Shown one piece after another: positions 23,935 to 34,919 of a DNA stretch of 64,000 nt. How positions within the stretch are numbered: position 1 is the stretch's first letter; each line of letters begins with the position of its first letter. The position numbers and the translations under genes were made by a program. The notes under the pieces were generated by a model. It had not been told where the DNA came from. It saw only the letters and a program-made list of their open reading frames with translations, and did no database searches. Source of the DNA: Sporopachydermia quercuum (taxonomy: Eukaryota); assembly GCA_001599295.1 (NCBI GenBank), contig BCGN01000002.1, forward strand, positions 744,001 to 808,000. Reading direction: 5' to 3'.

Positions 23935-24078
23935 ACGATTCATTGAATCATAGCACTTGTGGGTTTTTTTCTTTTTTGTTCGTCTAGGTATGATTTGAAT
24001 GAGAATTCACACTGTTATGGAAAATACTCTACCGCCTTACTGTTCTTACGTAGTTATCTTTATTGATCTATTTGTTCA

Positions 24079-25353
24079 TTATAAGTAATTATCATCCGTG
24101 CTCCCATACATGTCGCACTGCGGTCTGTTATTATGAATGAAGTACTCATTATCTTTTGTCGACTTAATTAAGAAGGCTTTCAAAGGAGAAGTCTCCGAAT
24201 TCACACTAGAAGTATAGCTGAATTTGTTGTGCTCCTGATAAAATTGAGCCGGTGTAGTTTCTTCCAAAGTTTCTGAACAGGATTGGTCTCCAGGAAGCTC
24301 AAATGTCAAAGTCTGAGTATTGGTAGGCATTTTTCTGATCTCATTAATGGTGTGACAGTTTCTAGAGTCACAATTCATATCTTCCCATTCTGGTATTTGA
24401 TTCCTGTGGGTTTTCCCTTTACCATAGATTATCCATTGAACAAGCATTGTTATATCAAGGACAATAGTGCCAGCACTACCTAAAAGGTATGGCAATACCT
24501 TTTTTAGAAATTCTTTCTGTTCTGCCCCACCAATAGTTGATTGAGGAGAGGACAAGATACTTGTAGAGTACAGGGCGTTTGCAGTTAATGCACATGTGAA
24601 CAGCATTATCGACAGACCTTCTGTTGATTTCCGTTGATAATTTTCGAGTAATTGGGGTATCCTGGAACATAGATATAATCCAGCACAAAGCCAAGCAAAT
24701 AAAGCACCAAACTCAATTGAGGCTGAATAATTGGTATACAAATTGCTGTTAGCGACCACGCTATCCAAATCAATTGGAATTGCTGCTGCAATTGATGCTT
24801 GTAGTATCGTTATGGCTGAAACAGCTTTTCCATAAGGCACTTTGGAAGCATTTTTCCCTTTTAGATTTGTATCTGACTCTGTTACAGATATGACTTCACC
24901 TTCTGCAGTTGTACCATTTAATTCTTGATAAAGCATTAGATCCTTACTCTTACTCTCAGGTATAATGTAACCATAGTAAAGGTATTGTCCACACATTATT
25001 AAATCAACGATTACGAAGTAAACAGCCAAATATCTCTGGAACTCTAGCTGCTGAGTTAAGAAACATCCTAAAACGTTGAAAGTATCCCCTATTAGCCAAA
25101 TCAACAAGAATAACAATGAAAGGCCTTCAACTGACTGATTCTGATAATTGGTTATGATTTGGGGAAGTTGTGCGCAAAGCCAAAACGCCATAGATAAATA
25201 TCCAGACGCCCANGAAAAAGCTCCAAGATTTCCATAGACACAAGCTTTGGTTNATTTGTAAATCCAGTTCACCAGGTGCTGATGTTGATTAAGAGGCTCG
25301 CACGACAATCCGGAGCTTGCATCAATGAACACCAAACTGAGATCTTGAAACAT
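24079..25353 (-). CDS. PQ-loop vacuolar cationic amino acid transporter (Ypq1/Ypq2/Rtc2 family)
   Basis: Two PQ loops: CAQLPQIITNYQNQSVEGLS and SRIPQLLENYQRKSTEGLS; also LPYLLGSAGT. Confidence 0.9.
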   Translation of the reverse strand: MFQDLSLVFIDASSGLSCEPLNQHQHLVNWIYKXTKACVYGNLGAFXWASGYLSMAFWLCAQLPQIITNYQNQSVEGLSLLFLLIWLIGDTFNVLGCFLTQQLEFQRYLAVYFVIVDLIMCGQYLYYGYIIPESKSKDLMLYQELNGTTAEGEVISVTESDTNLKGKNASKVPYGKAVSAITILQASIAAAIPIDLDSVVANSNLYTNYSASIEFGALFAWLCAGLYLCSRIPQLLENYQRKSTEGLSIMLFTCALTANALYSTSILSSPQSTIGGAEQKEFLKKVLPYLLGSAGTIVLDITMLVQWIIYGKGKTHRNQIPEWEDMNCDSRNCHTINEIRKMPTNTQTLTFELPGDQSCSETLEETTPAQFYQEHNKFSYTSSVNSETSPLKAFLIKSTKDNEYFIHNNRPQCDMYGSTDDNYL

Positions 25354-26447
25354 TTCGGAAGAAAACACTCATAGCCAGCTGTAGTTTTTGCATTTATCAA
25401 AAAAGGAAAATCACCAACCGTTGCGTTTTCTATATTCGAGAGATTAGTTGAATTTCATCGGTTTGGACGAAATATTCACGTTTTTGAATGTCGTTGGTGA
25501 TGGTGTCTAAGGCAAATACATACTTCAGACACAACGGACTTACAATAGCGCTTGCAGCTTGAAAAATCACATTAAACTACTGGGGTAACTTATGTAAAGT
25601 GTTAAGCGCTATATTTATTAAATAAAATCTCATTGATGGCATTTATTCTTACGACAATACAAGTAAGTCCTTTTACTTTTGACAAGATAAGTGAAGATAA
25701 TCAAAAGAATAATAAATGATGGAAAAGGATAGATTATCCAGTGACAGTTACATAGTTTCAACTTTAATGGGTTTGCAGAAGAAATAAAACTTTAATGGAG
25801 CAGTCGAAATTATGCGATGAGAAAGAATTGGCAATTTATCACGGGAAGCAATGAGATAAATATATGGTTATAAGAGATTTTCCAGTCTACTTTTCGAATT
25901 CTCTTGTACAATTTTATGTATTTTCATCATTCAAATCCCTGANCCCCTTGCGTCTATTGAAAGATTGAAAAATATCGGTGNTGTCTCGTATCATTTTCAA
26001 CCATAAGATTGGCGCTTCAAAGTTTGTTCCACGATAAGAAAGAGCTCCAACTGATAAGGGGTAAATTTCCAATAAAATATTACATAATCTGAAAGTATGT
26101 TGACGAAGCGAGACAAGAGATTTGAAGATTTCGAATTTCTGGGTAACACTTTAGGTTCAGAACTTTCATAGAGTTTAGTTACGCTAAAATAAACTTCAAG
26201 CTAATTTGAAGATGGTTTGTAGAGAGGGAAGTGGAGTGCCTAGAGAATCAAGTAATTTTATTTTGTTTCTAGAACTGAATGATATCCAGTAATGCGTTTC
26301 TAATGATGCAGTGCATAATTTAATTTTAAAACGATGAAATATTCACAACAGGTTAATTGTTGTTGATAGAAGAAGAAAGAAACTCATAGTGGTACGAGTA
26401 TAATCTGGAACGAATGTTAAAACTTTGCTCAAATAAAGTCATTGGTT

Positions 26448-27551
26448 TCAACCACCATAAACGTTGCTGAACATAGTTTTTATTTGATCAATGGAATAAC
26501 CAGAATAGAGAGCCATTTGCAAAGCAATTCTGGACTTTTGGGGATTCAAGAATCCAGAAGCAACTGCTCCTTCAAAATCTGGCTTGTTGGCCAAGGGGAC
26601 ACTACCATCCATGGTTCTATGAGAGAAAACAATAGGGACCTTATACTCATTCCAGATTTCTTCAGCAACAATGTAACCAGTGTCAGTCCAGGAGCCAGCT
26701 CCAGAACCAGCAATAACAATTCCTTTAACTCCTAATTCTTCAACCATAACTTTCAAAATATCAGGGTTCACACCTTGGTATGAGTATACAATTTCAACAA
26801 GAGGAATTTCACTAGCGTCAGTGATATTCGAAATATCAAAATACATCAATCCATTGGGTTTAGCAGGAGGATAGAAATATTCAATATCATCATTGATGAT
26901 GTTTCCTAAATATCCTTGCTCAACAGCATAAAATGTGTTTAAGGTATTTGCATTTTGCTTAGTAGTGTAGAAACCTGAGGCAATTCTATCATTCAAGGCA
27001 ATCATAGATCCTCTACCTTTTGATTTTTCAGAGCCTGCAATTGAGACTGCTTGGTAAAGATTCATAGGACCATCAGCAGATGTGGCAGTTGCGGGTCTCA
27101 TAGCCCCAACCAATACAATTGGTTTTTCCGTTGCAACGGTAACATCTAGAAAGAATGCAGTTTCTTCCATAGTATCTGTACCGTGGGTAATCACCGCACC
27201 AGTTGAGTTGTCATCGGTAAGATATTCGGAAACTGAGTGATATAAGGGAATCAAATGAGTGTAGTTCAAAGAGTTAGAGCCAATGTTTGAAATCTGGGTA
27301 AACTCAATGTTAGCAACCTCTTCCAGTTCAGGGACTGCTTCAATCAAGTCACTGGCTGTTAAACCAACTGAATAACCAGCAGTCTGAGAACCAGAGTCAC
27401 CCTTAGAAGCAATTGTACCACCAGTACCAAAAATCTTTACATTAGGTAATGAAACAGAAGTTTCTTCTCTTGGAACCAAGAATTTGGTTGGTAAGGCCAA
27501 ACTATTGACAGCGAACAAGATGGAAGTCAAACAATTGATAGATAGTTGCAT
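26448..27551 (-). CDS. ASP3: Secreted/cell-wall L-asparaginase II
   Basis: Signal peptide, GTGGTIAS and [14 protein letters not shown] motifs. [13 protein letters not shown] and the C-terminal FSNVYGG closely match S. cerevisiae Asp3 as I recall it. Confidence 0.93.
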   Translation of the reverse strand: MQLSINCLTSILFAVNSLALPTKFLVPREETSVSLPNVKIFGTGGTIASKGDSGSQTAGYSVGLTASDLIEAVPELEEVANIEFTQISNIGSNSLNYTHLIPLYHSVSEYLTDDNSTGAVITHGTDTMEETAFFLDVTVATEKPIVLVGAMRPATATSADGPMNLYQAVSIAGSEKSKGRGSMIALNDRIASGFYTTKQNANTLNTFYAVEQGYLGNIINDDIEYFYPPAKPNGLMYFDISNITDASEIPLVEIVYSYQGVNPDILKVMVEELGVKGIVIAGSGAGSWTDTGYIVAEEIWNEYKVPIVFSHRTMDGSVPLANKPDFEGAVASGFLNPQKSRIALQMALYSGYSIDQIKTMFSNVYGG

Positions 27552-27726
27552 TGTGAGTAAGTTTTTGAGGATGGAAAGCGATTGGTTCCTTCACACTTGA
27601 GTATTGTCTGTTAACTACCAAATGACGTTTAAGAAAAATAAACAGTAAAACAGAGGTGTTGCAATCTTTTGTAAATGAGAAATTGGTAGCTATTTATATT
27701 CTACCAAGTATTTGCAATCGCACGTA

Positions 27727-28652
27727 CTTATCTATCCTATATTCACTGTTCATTCTATATGCGCCAAGTATTTCGCCTTAAAGTTCAAGTTATAACAAAA
27801 ACTTAGTACTTTCTATAAACTTATCAATTGAGTTAAATTGAATATTCCCATTTGTCGAATTATCACTATTTTTTCTATAATTCGGATAGAAATTTCACTT
27901 TTCAACGAATGAGGAACTGCAATTAAGGTTCCTTCTTAAAGCCTAATAGGGTTTACATAGTAGCTCTAGATGCTTAATTCTCTAATGAGCTATATTTGAC
28001 CCTTTTTCCGTCTAGGTTTTAGATAAAATGCTTCAAAAGTGCCTTTCACCTAGTTATTATGGCCAGTTCACTTATCTTTTTCCTNATAATGTAAATGAAT
28101 ACTTACTTTATTCATGGTGTTATGATAATCGAATAAATAACAAGATTGAAAAGATTAGAAATTGAGCCAAAGAAGATAGGGAGTCCAAGAGACGTTTGAA
28201 AGGTTGATCATAAATCAAATAGGTCGAACTTTGGTACTTCTTATCGCACCTTATCCGCCAAATTCGTTTCTGCTTTTGAATGAAGAGATGTGCATCTGCA
28301 TTATACACACCATGTGTGTTACAACTACCATTTAATTGTAGTTTTCTGTAGTAAGGTCTTATTTTTCCTCCACTAATGTCGCGCGGAAATNGTATGCATT
28401 TCTGAACCTTTGTTGGAGTGAATTAAATTGCTCTTTATGTTGAATGTAGCAGTACTATGTCAGAAAGAAAACTATCGGGTAATTGGAAGAGTTGGTCTGT
28501 TAGAATGGAATCAATATAGGCTTTGGGATTGAATAAAATAAAATGGTTATAATACTTTCTGCCTCACAATTGTTTTATTGATATAGATAAAAGCCTTCAA
28601 CAATACTGTCATGATACTGCTATCATTCAAAGGTTGACCGCCACATCTTATC
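27727..28652 (-). promoter_or_regulatory. Cluster of GATAAG sites (Gln3/Gat1-type nitrogen regulation) upstream of ASP3
   Basis: CTTATC at 27727, 27820, 28071, 28240, 28250 and 28647, all in the same orientation. Confidence 0.65.
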
Positions 28653-28789
28653 AGACGGAACAGTCGAATCGCATGAATGCTCCAACCTAAATCGATTTAG
28701 CTATATCATTGAATCTCCTTTATCATAAATTCGAATCTTTTAGACATCATTCGAAATTTCATCTGTTTCTTCTTTCTCTATTTCAGGTA

Positions 28790-29950
28790 ACAATAGTAAT
28801 GGAAGCCGTTCGATAAGAATATAAGGAAGGTAGTTCCTATCAGTTGGCAAGGAAGTTTTCTTTCTTAATCGAACTCCACGATTTCTTTTTGGTGTCAACA
28901 CACCAGGTGAATGTATTGAAGAACTCCACCCCCACCTTAACGAACTGTTGTATGAACTTCGAATGCATTCAAACTTCTAAGACTGGCAGTAATTATCGAA
29001 TATCATATAATAATGAATGNTTTTATTCAGGGACCAACTTATAAAAGGGACTTCTTTTATCAACCTGCATGTAAATCCAACCCTCAGGTTGATGGAAAAG
29101 AGTTTCTAGCGCGAAATAAGCTTTCCAAATCGCTAAACCTTAATGTTAGGTTACACATGCTCAAACCTAATCTTGGCTTGTATTAGAATCTTATTTCTGG
29201 GTGACATTTATATTTTATATGAATAGCCAATAGATGTTACAATTAATGATTAACTACTTTTTCCATAACCTTTTCTCACTTTACAAGAGATTTGATGATA
29301 ACTTCTAANTTCTCATTATTACCTTTTCCAAAAAGAAATATGAGTTTCCAGCTTCAGATGGAATTTCTTGCCTGTTCAAATACCGAGATAAGGTTGGGCC
29401 ACACTGTTTTATTTATTATTCATTTCACACCAGGAGAGTTTTTTTGATATTCAAGTCCTTACCACATCCACCCAGTCCGCTTGAAGCTCGCAACTTCAGA
29501 AATATCAAAGGTTTTCAGGACTTCAATTTGAAAAATACAAATAGCCCAGCAATTCCATGAAATGGGTGTTTTCGTTGCTGGATCTTTTTAATTTTGAATC
29601 TGTTATTTCCTGTTGAATTAGGCTTGAGAGTAATGGAAATAGATGCGCATTTAAGAACGCTAATTTATCTTGCAGTTAATGAGAAAGCAACTTAGTATTC
29701 TTAAGCCCAGTCAATAGTTAGCTAGCCAGAACCAGCACTCTCAAATTCAAAATCCTTATCCTTTAAGTTTATGACTTTTTATAGAATGAAGTATCAGGTT
29801 AAGTTTCAATAACTTGTACAATTTACGTTTGAATTACATAAGTAACATAATCCTACGTACCAAGTGGTCATCCTATGAGCTTGAGTACTTCACTTAAACC
29901 ATGTCAATAGCTGGTAAAATGGACTTGATGATGGCATCTCTACAATTATT
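28790..29950 (+). mobile_element. Highly degenerate Ty1/copia pol relic (integrase C-terminus to RT)
   Basis: Ordered broken motifs across frameshifts and stops: MEAVR (28799), NRTP..GVNTP (28867), R-KAR...KGFQ (29478), ELGLRVMEID/AFKNANL (29615), FYRMK-SG (about 29777, LYGLKQSG-like), LDDGI (29924). Confidence 0.45.
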
Positions 29951-30218
29951 CTCTAACTAACTAAATGGTCCAGCTACTTTTGCTCTAGATTTGAATACAC
30001 TTATTGATCTGAGTGACATTAGAATACATGTTCTTAATTGCCTCGACATATTTCATCAGTAGATGAGAATGATGAGAACGCATAAACTTTATTAGGGTGT
30101 TCAGCTCAGTTTTATTAGTCTGAACTATTGCTATTCATGAAGTTAAATAGGACTTTAAAGAAAATTAAACAAAAAAAAATTTTAAGANAAATATGATATG
30201 GAGTGTACTAGTTGATTC

Positions 30219-31838
30219 TTACACAATGGAAGAAACAGATGAAGCGTTTTCTAGAATTTCGGTTTCTTGGTTCATAACGATCTTTGATTCAGGGAAAGCA
30301 TCTTCTAACAAGTTCAAGAGCAGTAATCTCCTAACCAATACATCTCTGAAGTTTTCACGCAATTCGGCATCTGAACCGTTATGAGCTTCTAAAAGCACTG
30401 TCAAAAAGAAACATTCGATAATCATAGTTGGTGTATTACAGATTAATTGACCAGTTTCGTTCCACTCCATAGCAGATGCAATAATGAGCAAAGCAAGGAC
30501 GATTAAAATACCAACCAATACAGCTCCGGGAACAGAACAGTAGTAACCACACCAGTACGAAATCTTAGCTGCAAGACTTGTTTTTGGTCTGAAAGTTCTG
30601 GGAGGAGGTGTTACATTCAATTCCTCGTAAATCTCTCTATCGGTGTGGAATAATCTATCGAATTCTCTTTCAATAACGATATCTTCTCTCATGAAAACAT
30701 TACGAAGAACAAAACCATCAAAGAAACCAACTAAGCCAGTATAAGTACCAATAATGAGCCACCAGTTATCGTTAAAGTTCATGGGAGCTCCAATGAGAAT
30801 CCAAACAATGAAAACGACAGCAGAAATACTCACACCGATACCAGTAGCAATAACATCGGCATAGTAGTCAATTGCTCTAACACCCCGGCTAATCTTCAGA
30901 GGTTCACAAATCATAGATTTATTTGGTAATTTATCCTTGGTCAAAAACCTGCAGACAACTTCCAATCTGGCATCATTGAACAAAATTTGATTCATGCAAT
31001 CTTCTAAATAATCCATATGTCTGTGTCTGATGTGTTGCAAAAACATGCAAATGAATGTCATATACACAGCAGTTGCTGTGTTGATCCATAATTGCCAAGT
31101 GTTACTCCAGTCCATATAGTTACCGAAACCAATCCAAACAAAAATACCTGCCCAGTAAACAATGTACATATACAAAGAACCAACAGTCAATGACACAAAG
31201 TTTGCAACATAATCGAACCAACTTTCTTGTGGTAAAGAGATCACTTCAGGAGCTAATTCCTTGGGATCTCTTAGCTTTTCTTGATTGGTGGCATCGTCAA
31301 AGAAACTAGTTCTTCCACCCAACTTTTCTTTCAACATTCTTTTGACATTTTGTGATCTTGATCTAAATCTGACAAGAGATACCAGCATATCGTGGCATTG
31401 ATTTCTTTGTTGTCTCATTAGTAAAGTGTCCGAGATATAACATTGAATAGAACTTACATCCTGAATAACAATTTGCCAAACCTGAGTAGCACCATAAACA
31501 CCACCTAGAANGGCCCATAGAGTTAACAATGCAATTGTCAACAGAAAAATGAACTGAGAACCAGCAAATCTAGTCACTGCATCAAAGAAGCGGCCACCTN
31601 TCGTTACCTTCTGTTCATGTGTATATGTTGTAACGTTATCAGCATTTGCCTTACCATCTTCATACACTAACTGGGTATAGGCAGCTCTTTCAATCACATA
31701 NTCTCTACCAATAGCCTTAACCCATTCCCACTTTCTTTTCCAATATCCTGCATTCTGTGATTTTGCACTTCTCGAAGTTTCAACCTTTTCGAGATAAATA
31801 TCCTCTTTGGACTCTTTTCCAGTAAGTGAATCACTCAT
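30219..31838 (-). CDS. FET4: Low-affinity Fe(II)/Zn(II) permease
   Basis: Repeated iron-permease units: WQIVIQDVSSIQCYISDTLLMRQQ, NTWQLWINTATA, WWLIIGTYTGLVGFFDGFVLRN, WNETGQLICNTPTMIIE. ATG at 31838. Confidence 0.93.
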   Translation of the reverse strand: MSDSLTGKESKEDIYLEKVETSRSAKSQNAGYWKRKWEWVKAIGRXYVIERAAYTQLVYEDGKANADNVTTYTHEQKVTXGGRFFDAVTRFAGSQFIFLLTIALLTLWAXLGGVYGATQVWQIVIQDVSSIQCYISDTLLMRQQRNQCHDMLVSLVRFRSRSQNVKRMLKEKLGGRTSFFDDATNQEKLRDPKELAPEVISLPQESWFDYVANFVSLTVGSLYMYIVYWAGIFVWIGFGNYMDWSNTWQLWINTATAVYMTFICMFLQHIRHRHMDYLEDCMNQILFNDARLEVVCRFLTKDKLPNKSMICEPLKISRGVRAIDYYADVIATGIGVSISAVVFIVWILIGAPMNFNDNWWLIIGTYTGLVGFFDGFVLRNVFMREDIVIEREFDRLFHTDREIYEELNVTPPPRTFRPKTSLAAKISYWCGYYCSVPGAVLVGILIVLALLIIASAMEWNETGQLICNTPTMIIECFFLTVLLEAHNGSDAELRENFRDVLVRRLLLLNLLEDAFPESKIVMNQETEILENASSVSSIV

Positions 31839-32284
31839 ACTACTTTTTTGTTTTATACCTGATAGTTTATACAATACCAGTTGTATAANAATAATCAACA
31901 ACGTCTAGGAAACAACACCCTGAGTTTTATTCTTCGTCTCTCTAGACTTTTCAACTAAACCCCCTAGAAACTATATGAATTACTCTCCTCTCTTGAGAAT
32001 TTTTATTCTTTCATATTTTGCTTGAGATTTTCAAACAAAGAAATTANTTATATTCACGTGCACATTGAAACAATNGAAAATAGAATAAAAAAGATAAATT
32101 CGAAAACAATATGTTCAGAAAAGATTGAAATACCAGAGCAAGACGGCAAGTATTTATCTTTACCAGTTTTTTCTAATCCTTATAGTCAATGAGCAGCATC
32201 CAATAAATTCTTGTACGGGATGAGTTAAATGGGGTGGTCAAGCGAAACTTTCCATACGAAAAAGGAGGTTTCATAGTATATTTG

Positions 32285-32745
32285 GGAGCCTTTGGTTTAA
32301 AGTGACTACAATATGATTTTACTTTAAGACCTAGTACAAACGAAACAAGAAATAATTAACTTTATTTTAAAGAGGGATTGTCCCTGCATAACTTTAATTC
32401 TACTTGAAAATATTATGGATGTTGAGCAAGTAAGCNATTCTCCTAAAGTATATCCAATAATTCTTCTGACCAATATGTATAATGATAAAGATGTAACATG
32501 ATTATGAAGTTGCAAAGTTCAAAATGAATGTATAATCGTTGTCTGTGTCCCACTTGATTCTAAGATACTCCAGTTTTCTGTACCCCCTGTTTAGTTGCTT
32601 TTGAATTGATAAATTATTAATTAAGNGAGTCACCAAGATTTCTCACGCATATGAAGATTTTGTCTCACCCTACAAAGCCACAAGGGTCTTCAAACTTTTG
32701 AAAACACTGGGACGTAGCAAATGCCAAGAACACTGTTTTGAACCA
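32285..32745 (+). mobile_element. Degenerate Ty1/copia RT fragment
   Basis: AFGLK*(W), FKEGL (FKARL-like), HDYEV..KMNV (HDYEIWQMDV-like), EDFVSPYKATRVFKLLKTL-G then QMPRT (KLLKSLYGLKQAPR-like), in the expected order. Confidence 0.45.
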
Positions 32746-33179
32746 TAACTAAAATAATGAAATAGTCTCAACATCACAACTGAATGTTTCTATACAATTC
32801 AAGAAAAGAGAGGCCGGAGAACAATGAATTTGCTTATATAATTGAAAGAAAAAAAAATTAGAACGTTGTTAGCAAAATGTATACCAAATGTACCATGTTG
32901 TAAGTGCAGTTTATATACGATGGTATTTCATTTCAAGTTTTCATTGTCAATTCTTGGAAATTGTTCACTCTTACTGAAAGAGCTTTATGATTTCAGTAAT
33001 TATTTTCCCTGAGATCNATTTCATTAGTTTAAAAACACTTTCTGCATTAAGCGTTGAAAATAATGTTAAGCTCAGCTGAGTTTCTGATGTAAAAGTGGAT
33101 ACTTCACCAAATCTCGTAACGAAATTAACTTAAAGTTCGAGAATTTAACATTTAAGAAAATTGTTAAACCTTGTATATT

Positions 33180-33790
33180 GATCTTATTAGATAATCTAAC
33201 TCAAAACGCATCGAAATTTNAATCACTNTATCGATTTTGTAGATCATCAAATCTTCTTTTCAAACTCTTGTACAGGAATAAGGCATCCGGTCTTGTACGA
33301 TATCCTTAGGTAATTCTTGTGACTGGCAGAGCAACATACCCTTTTCAGCAAGCTCCTCTCTGATATATGAAGAAAGTCTCAACTGTTCTGGAGAAACATC
33401 TTAACTTGATAATGCTGCAATGACTTGCATAACGAATAACTGGTCTGCTGTACAAGTCTCTCATGAATGTCACTGTGATATCATTGACAGTGCCCAATTC
33501 TTCTCTGATGGTGAGCAAGTTCAATAACGCTTGAGTTAAATGTTTCCTTCGATCCATCACCGGCGTTCATAGCAGGATCTGGGGAGCGTTTACCCACAAT
33601 ATCAGCAGATTCCTCTTTTGCATGTCGAAGAACAATAGCATCACCGTAACTTGAAAGCGNTACTAGTATATCTTTTAATGTTTCAGCTTTAGTAACACTG
33701 GTGGCTTTTTTGAGGATTAGTAAACAACTCTTCCCCCTAATTTTTGTATGGGTAGCATCGAATGAAGGTGATGTTCTAGTAGATGGCCCG
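33180..33790 (-). pseudogene. Frameshifted fragment of the aspartate carbamoyltransferase domain of URA2/CAD
   Basis: Joining frames gives PSTRTSPSFDA..SVTKAETLKDILVXLSSYGDAIVLRHAKEESADI..PAMNAGDGS / KHLTQALLNLLTIREELGTVNDITVTFMRDL / LQHYQV / VSPEQLRLSSYIREELAEKGML..CTRV*, collinear with the Ura2 ATCase domain. Confidence 0.85.
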
Positions 33791-34209
33791 CTAGGCCTAG
33801 ATTGGTAATANTAGATTTCATATTTCCAAAAAAGGTTGAAGAATTGGCCTAAGAGGTAAGACAACTGGTGTTTATTTTACTCATATTGTCTCACATTGCT
33901 TTTAATCACTGATCTCAGACTAAGATTTGATTGGAGTATTTATCAATAAAATCAGCCATCCTATATTGATGGTTTTACCAAACGGTTAACTTGCATTGTA
34001 TAAAGTTTGCAGTAACAGTTTTCTCTTCTTTGTTATCATACCTTGTGGGGAGCGGAGGATNGTCTGGCTATTTTATCATACACGAAGAAAAACAAAGCAG
34101 AGGCGAAACCTCAAAGAAACTTTTCATTGAGAAACTTTAAAGACCGTAGAACTTTTTTGTTTTAGTTTTATGAAGTTCTAGTATGTAACTCAGATGATTC
34201 GATCCCCGA

Positions 34210-34680
34210 GCTGAGCTGAGGGATNAAACTGACAAGTTGATGAGGCTTCTGGAAATTGAATATGAATTCTGTTCCAAATCATTATTAACTGCACCNGTAT
34301 TATTGATATGAAAACCTATTTTATTTGATGAAACTCAGGAAGACGGTAATATCAAAATTCGGCAAAGTGCTGAATCTATGTNACGGAAAAAAATCCATAC
34401 ATATTGAGCGCATGAAGAGTGAGTGGTTGTGGTTTCTCGTCATCGTTGTATTCGATCGCCAATTGAATTGACTAGTTTGCTTTTCAACACTAGGCGGCAC
34501 AGGATTTTAGGAATCAAGGATGAATCTTTGCTTTCGATAGATGCTTTGAGACGTAAATGTTTGTATATATTTTTACGAGATAATTAATCAATATATACTA
34601 GGAATTGTAATTATGATCAAGAATCATTCACAAGTATGGAAAAAGCTAGGTAGAACTAATTAACGTATCAGATCTCATCT
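34210..34680 (+). mobile_element. Degenerate Ty3/gypsy reverse transcriptase fragment
   Basis: ELRDxTDKLM..SKSLLTAPVLLI*KP, LN..TEKNPY, FSTLGGTGF*ESRM (34481; FSTLDLxSGFWQIRM-like), KCLYIFLRD..IYTRN, QVWKKLGRTN*RI (34631). Confidence 0.45.
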
Positions 34681-34919
34681 TTGTTAAACACCAAGATTAA
34701 TCCCTTTTACAGTTACAGTATGGTATTTTCGCTGCAATATTATGTCTTTAATGGGGAAACAAGAAAACGGATAAATTGATCTATAATGTAAATTTATAGC
34801 AATAGGTTTAAGNTCTTGGTTTCNCATTTATTGTCGTCTATGATGATGAAAATTTGTACAGTATTGTTCAGTTTGGGAACTGTCGCGAGAAACGCACATC
34901 TTGTGGTTTTCAGTNATAT

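Noticed and set aside
25950..26250. Possible copia integrase remnant (TDKG, SGVPRE)
   Set aside because: Similarity is too weak to separate from chance by eye; worth including in any HMM scan.
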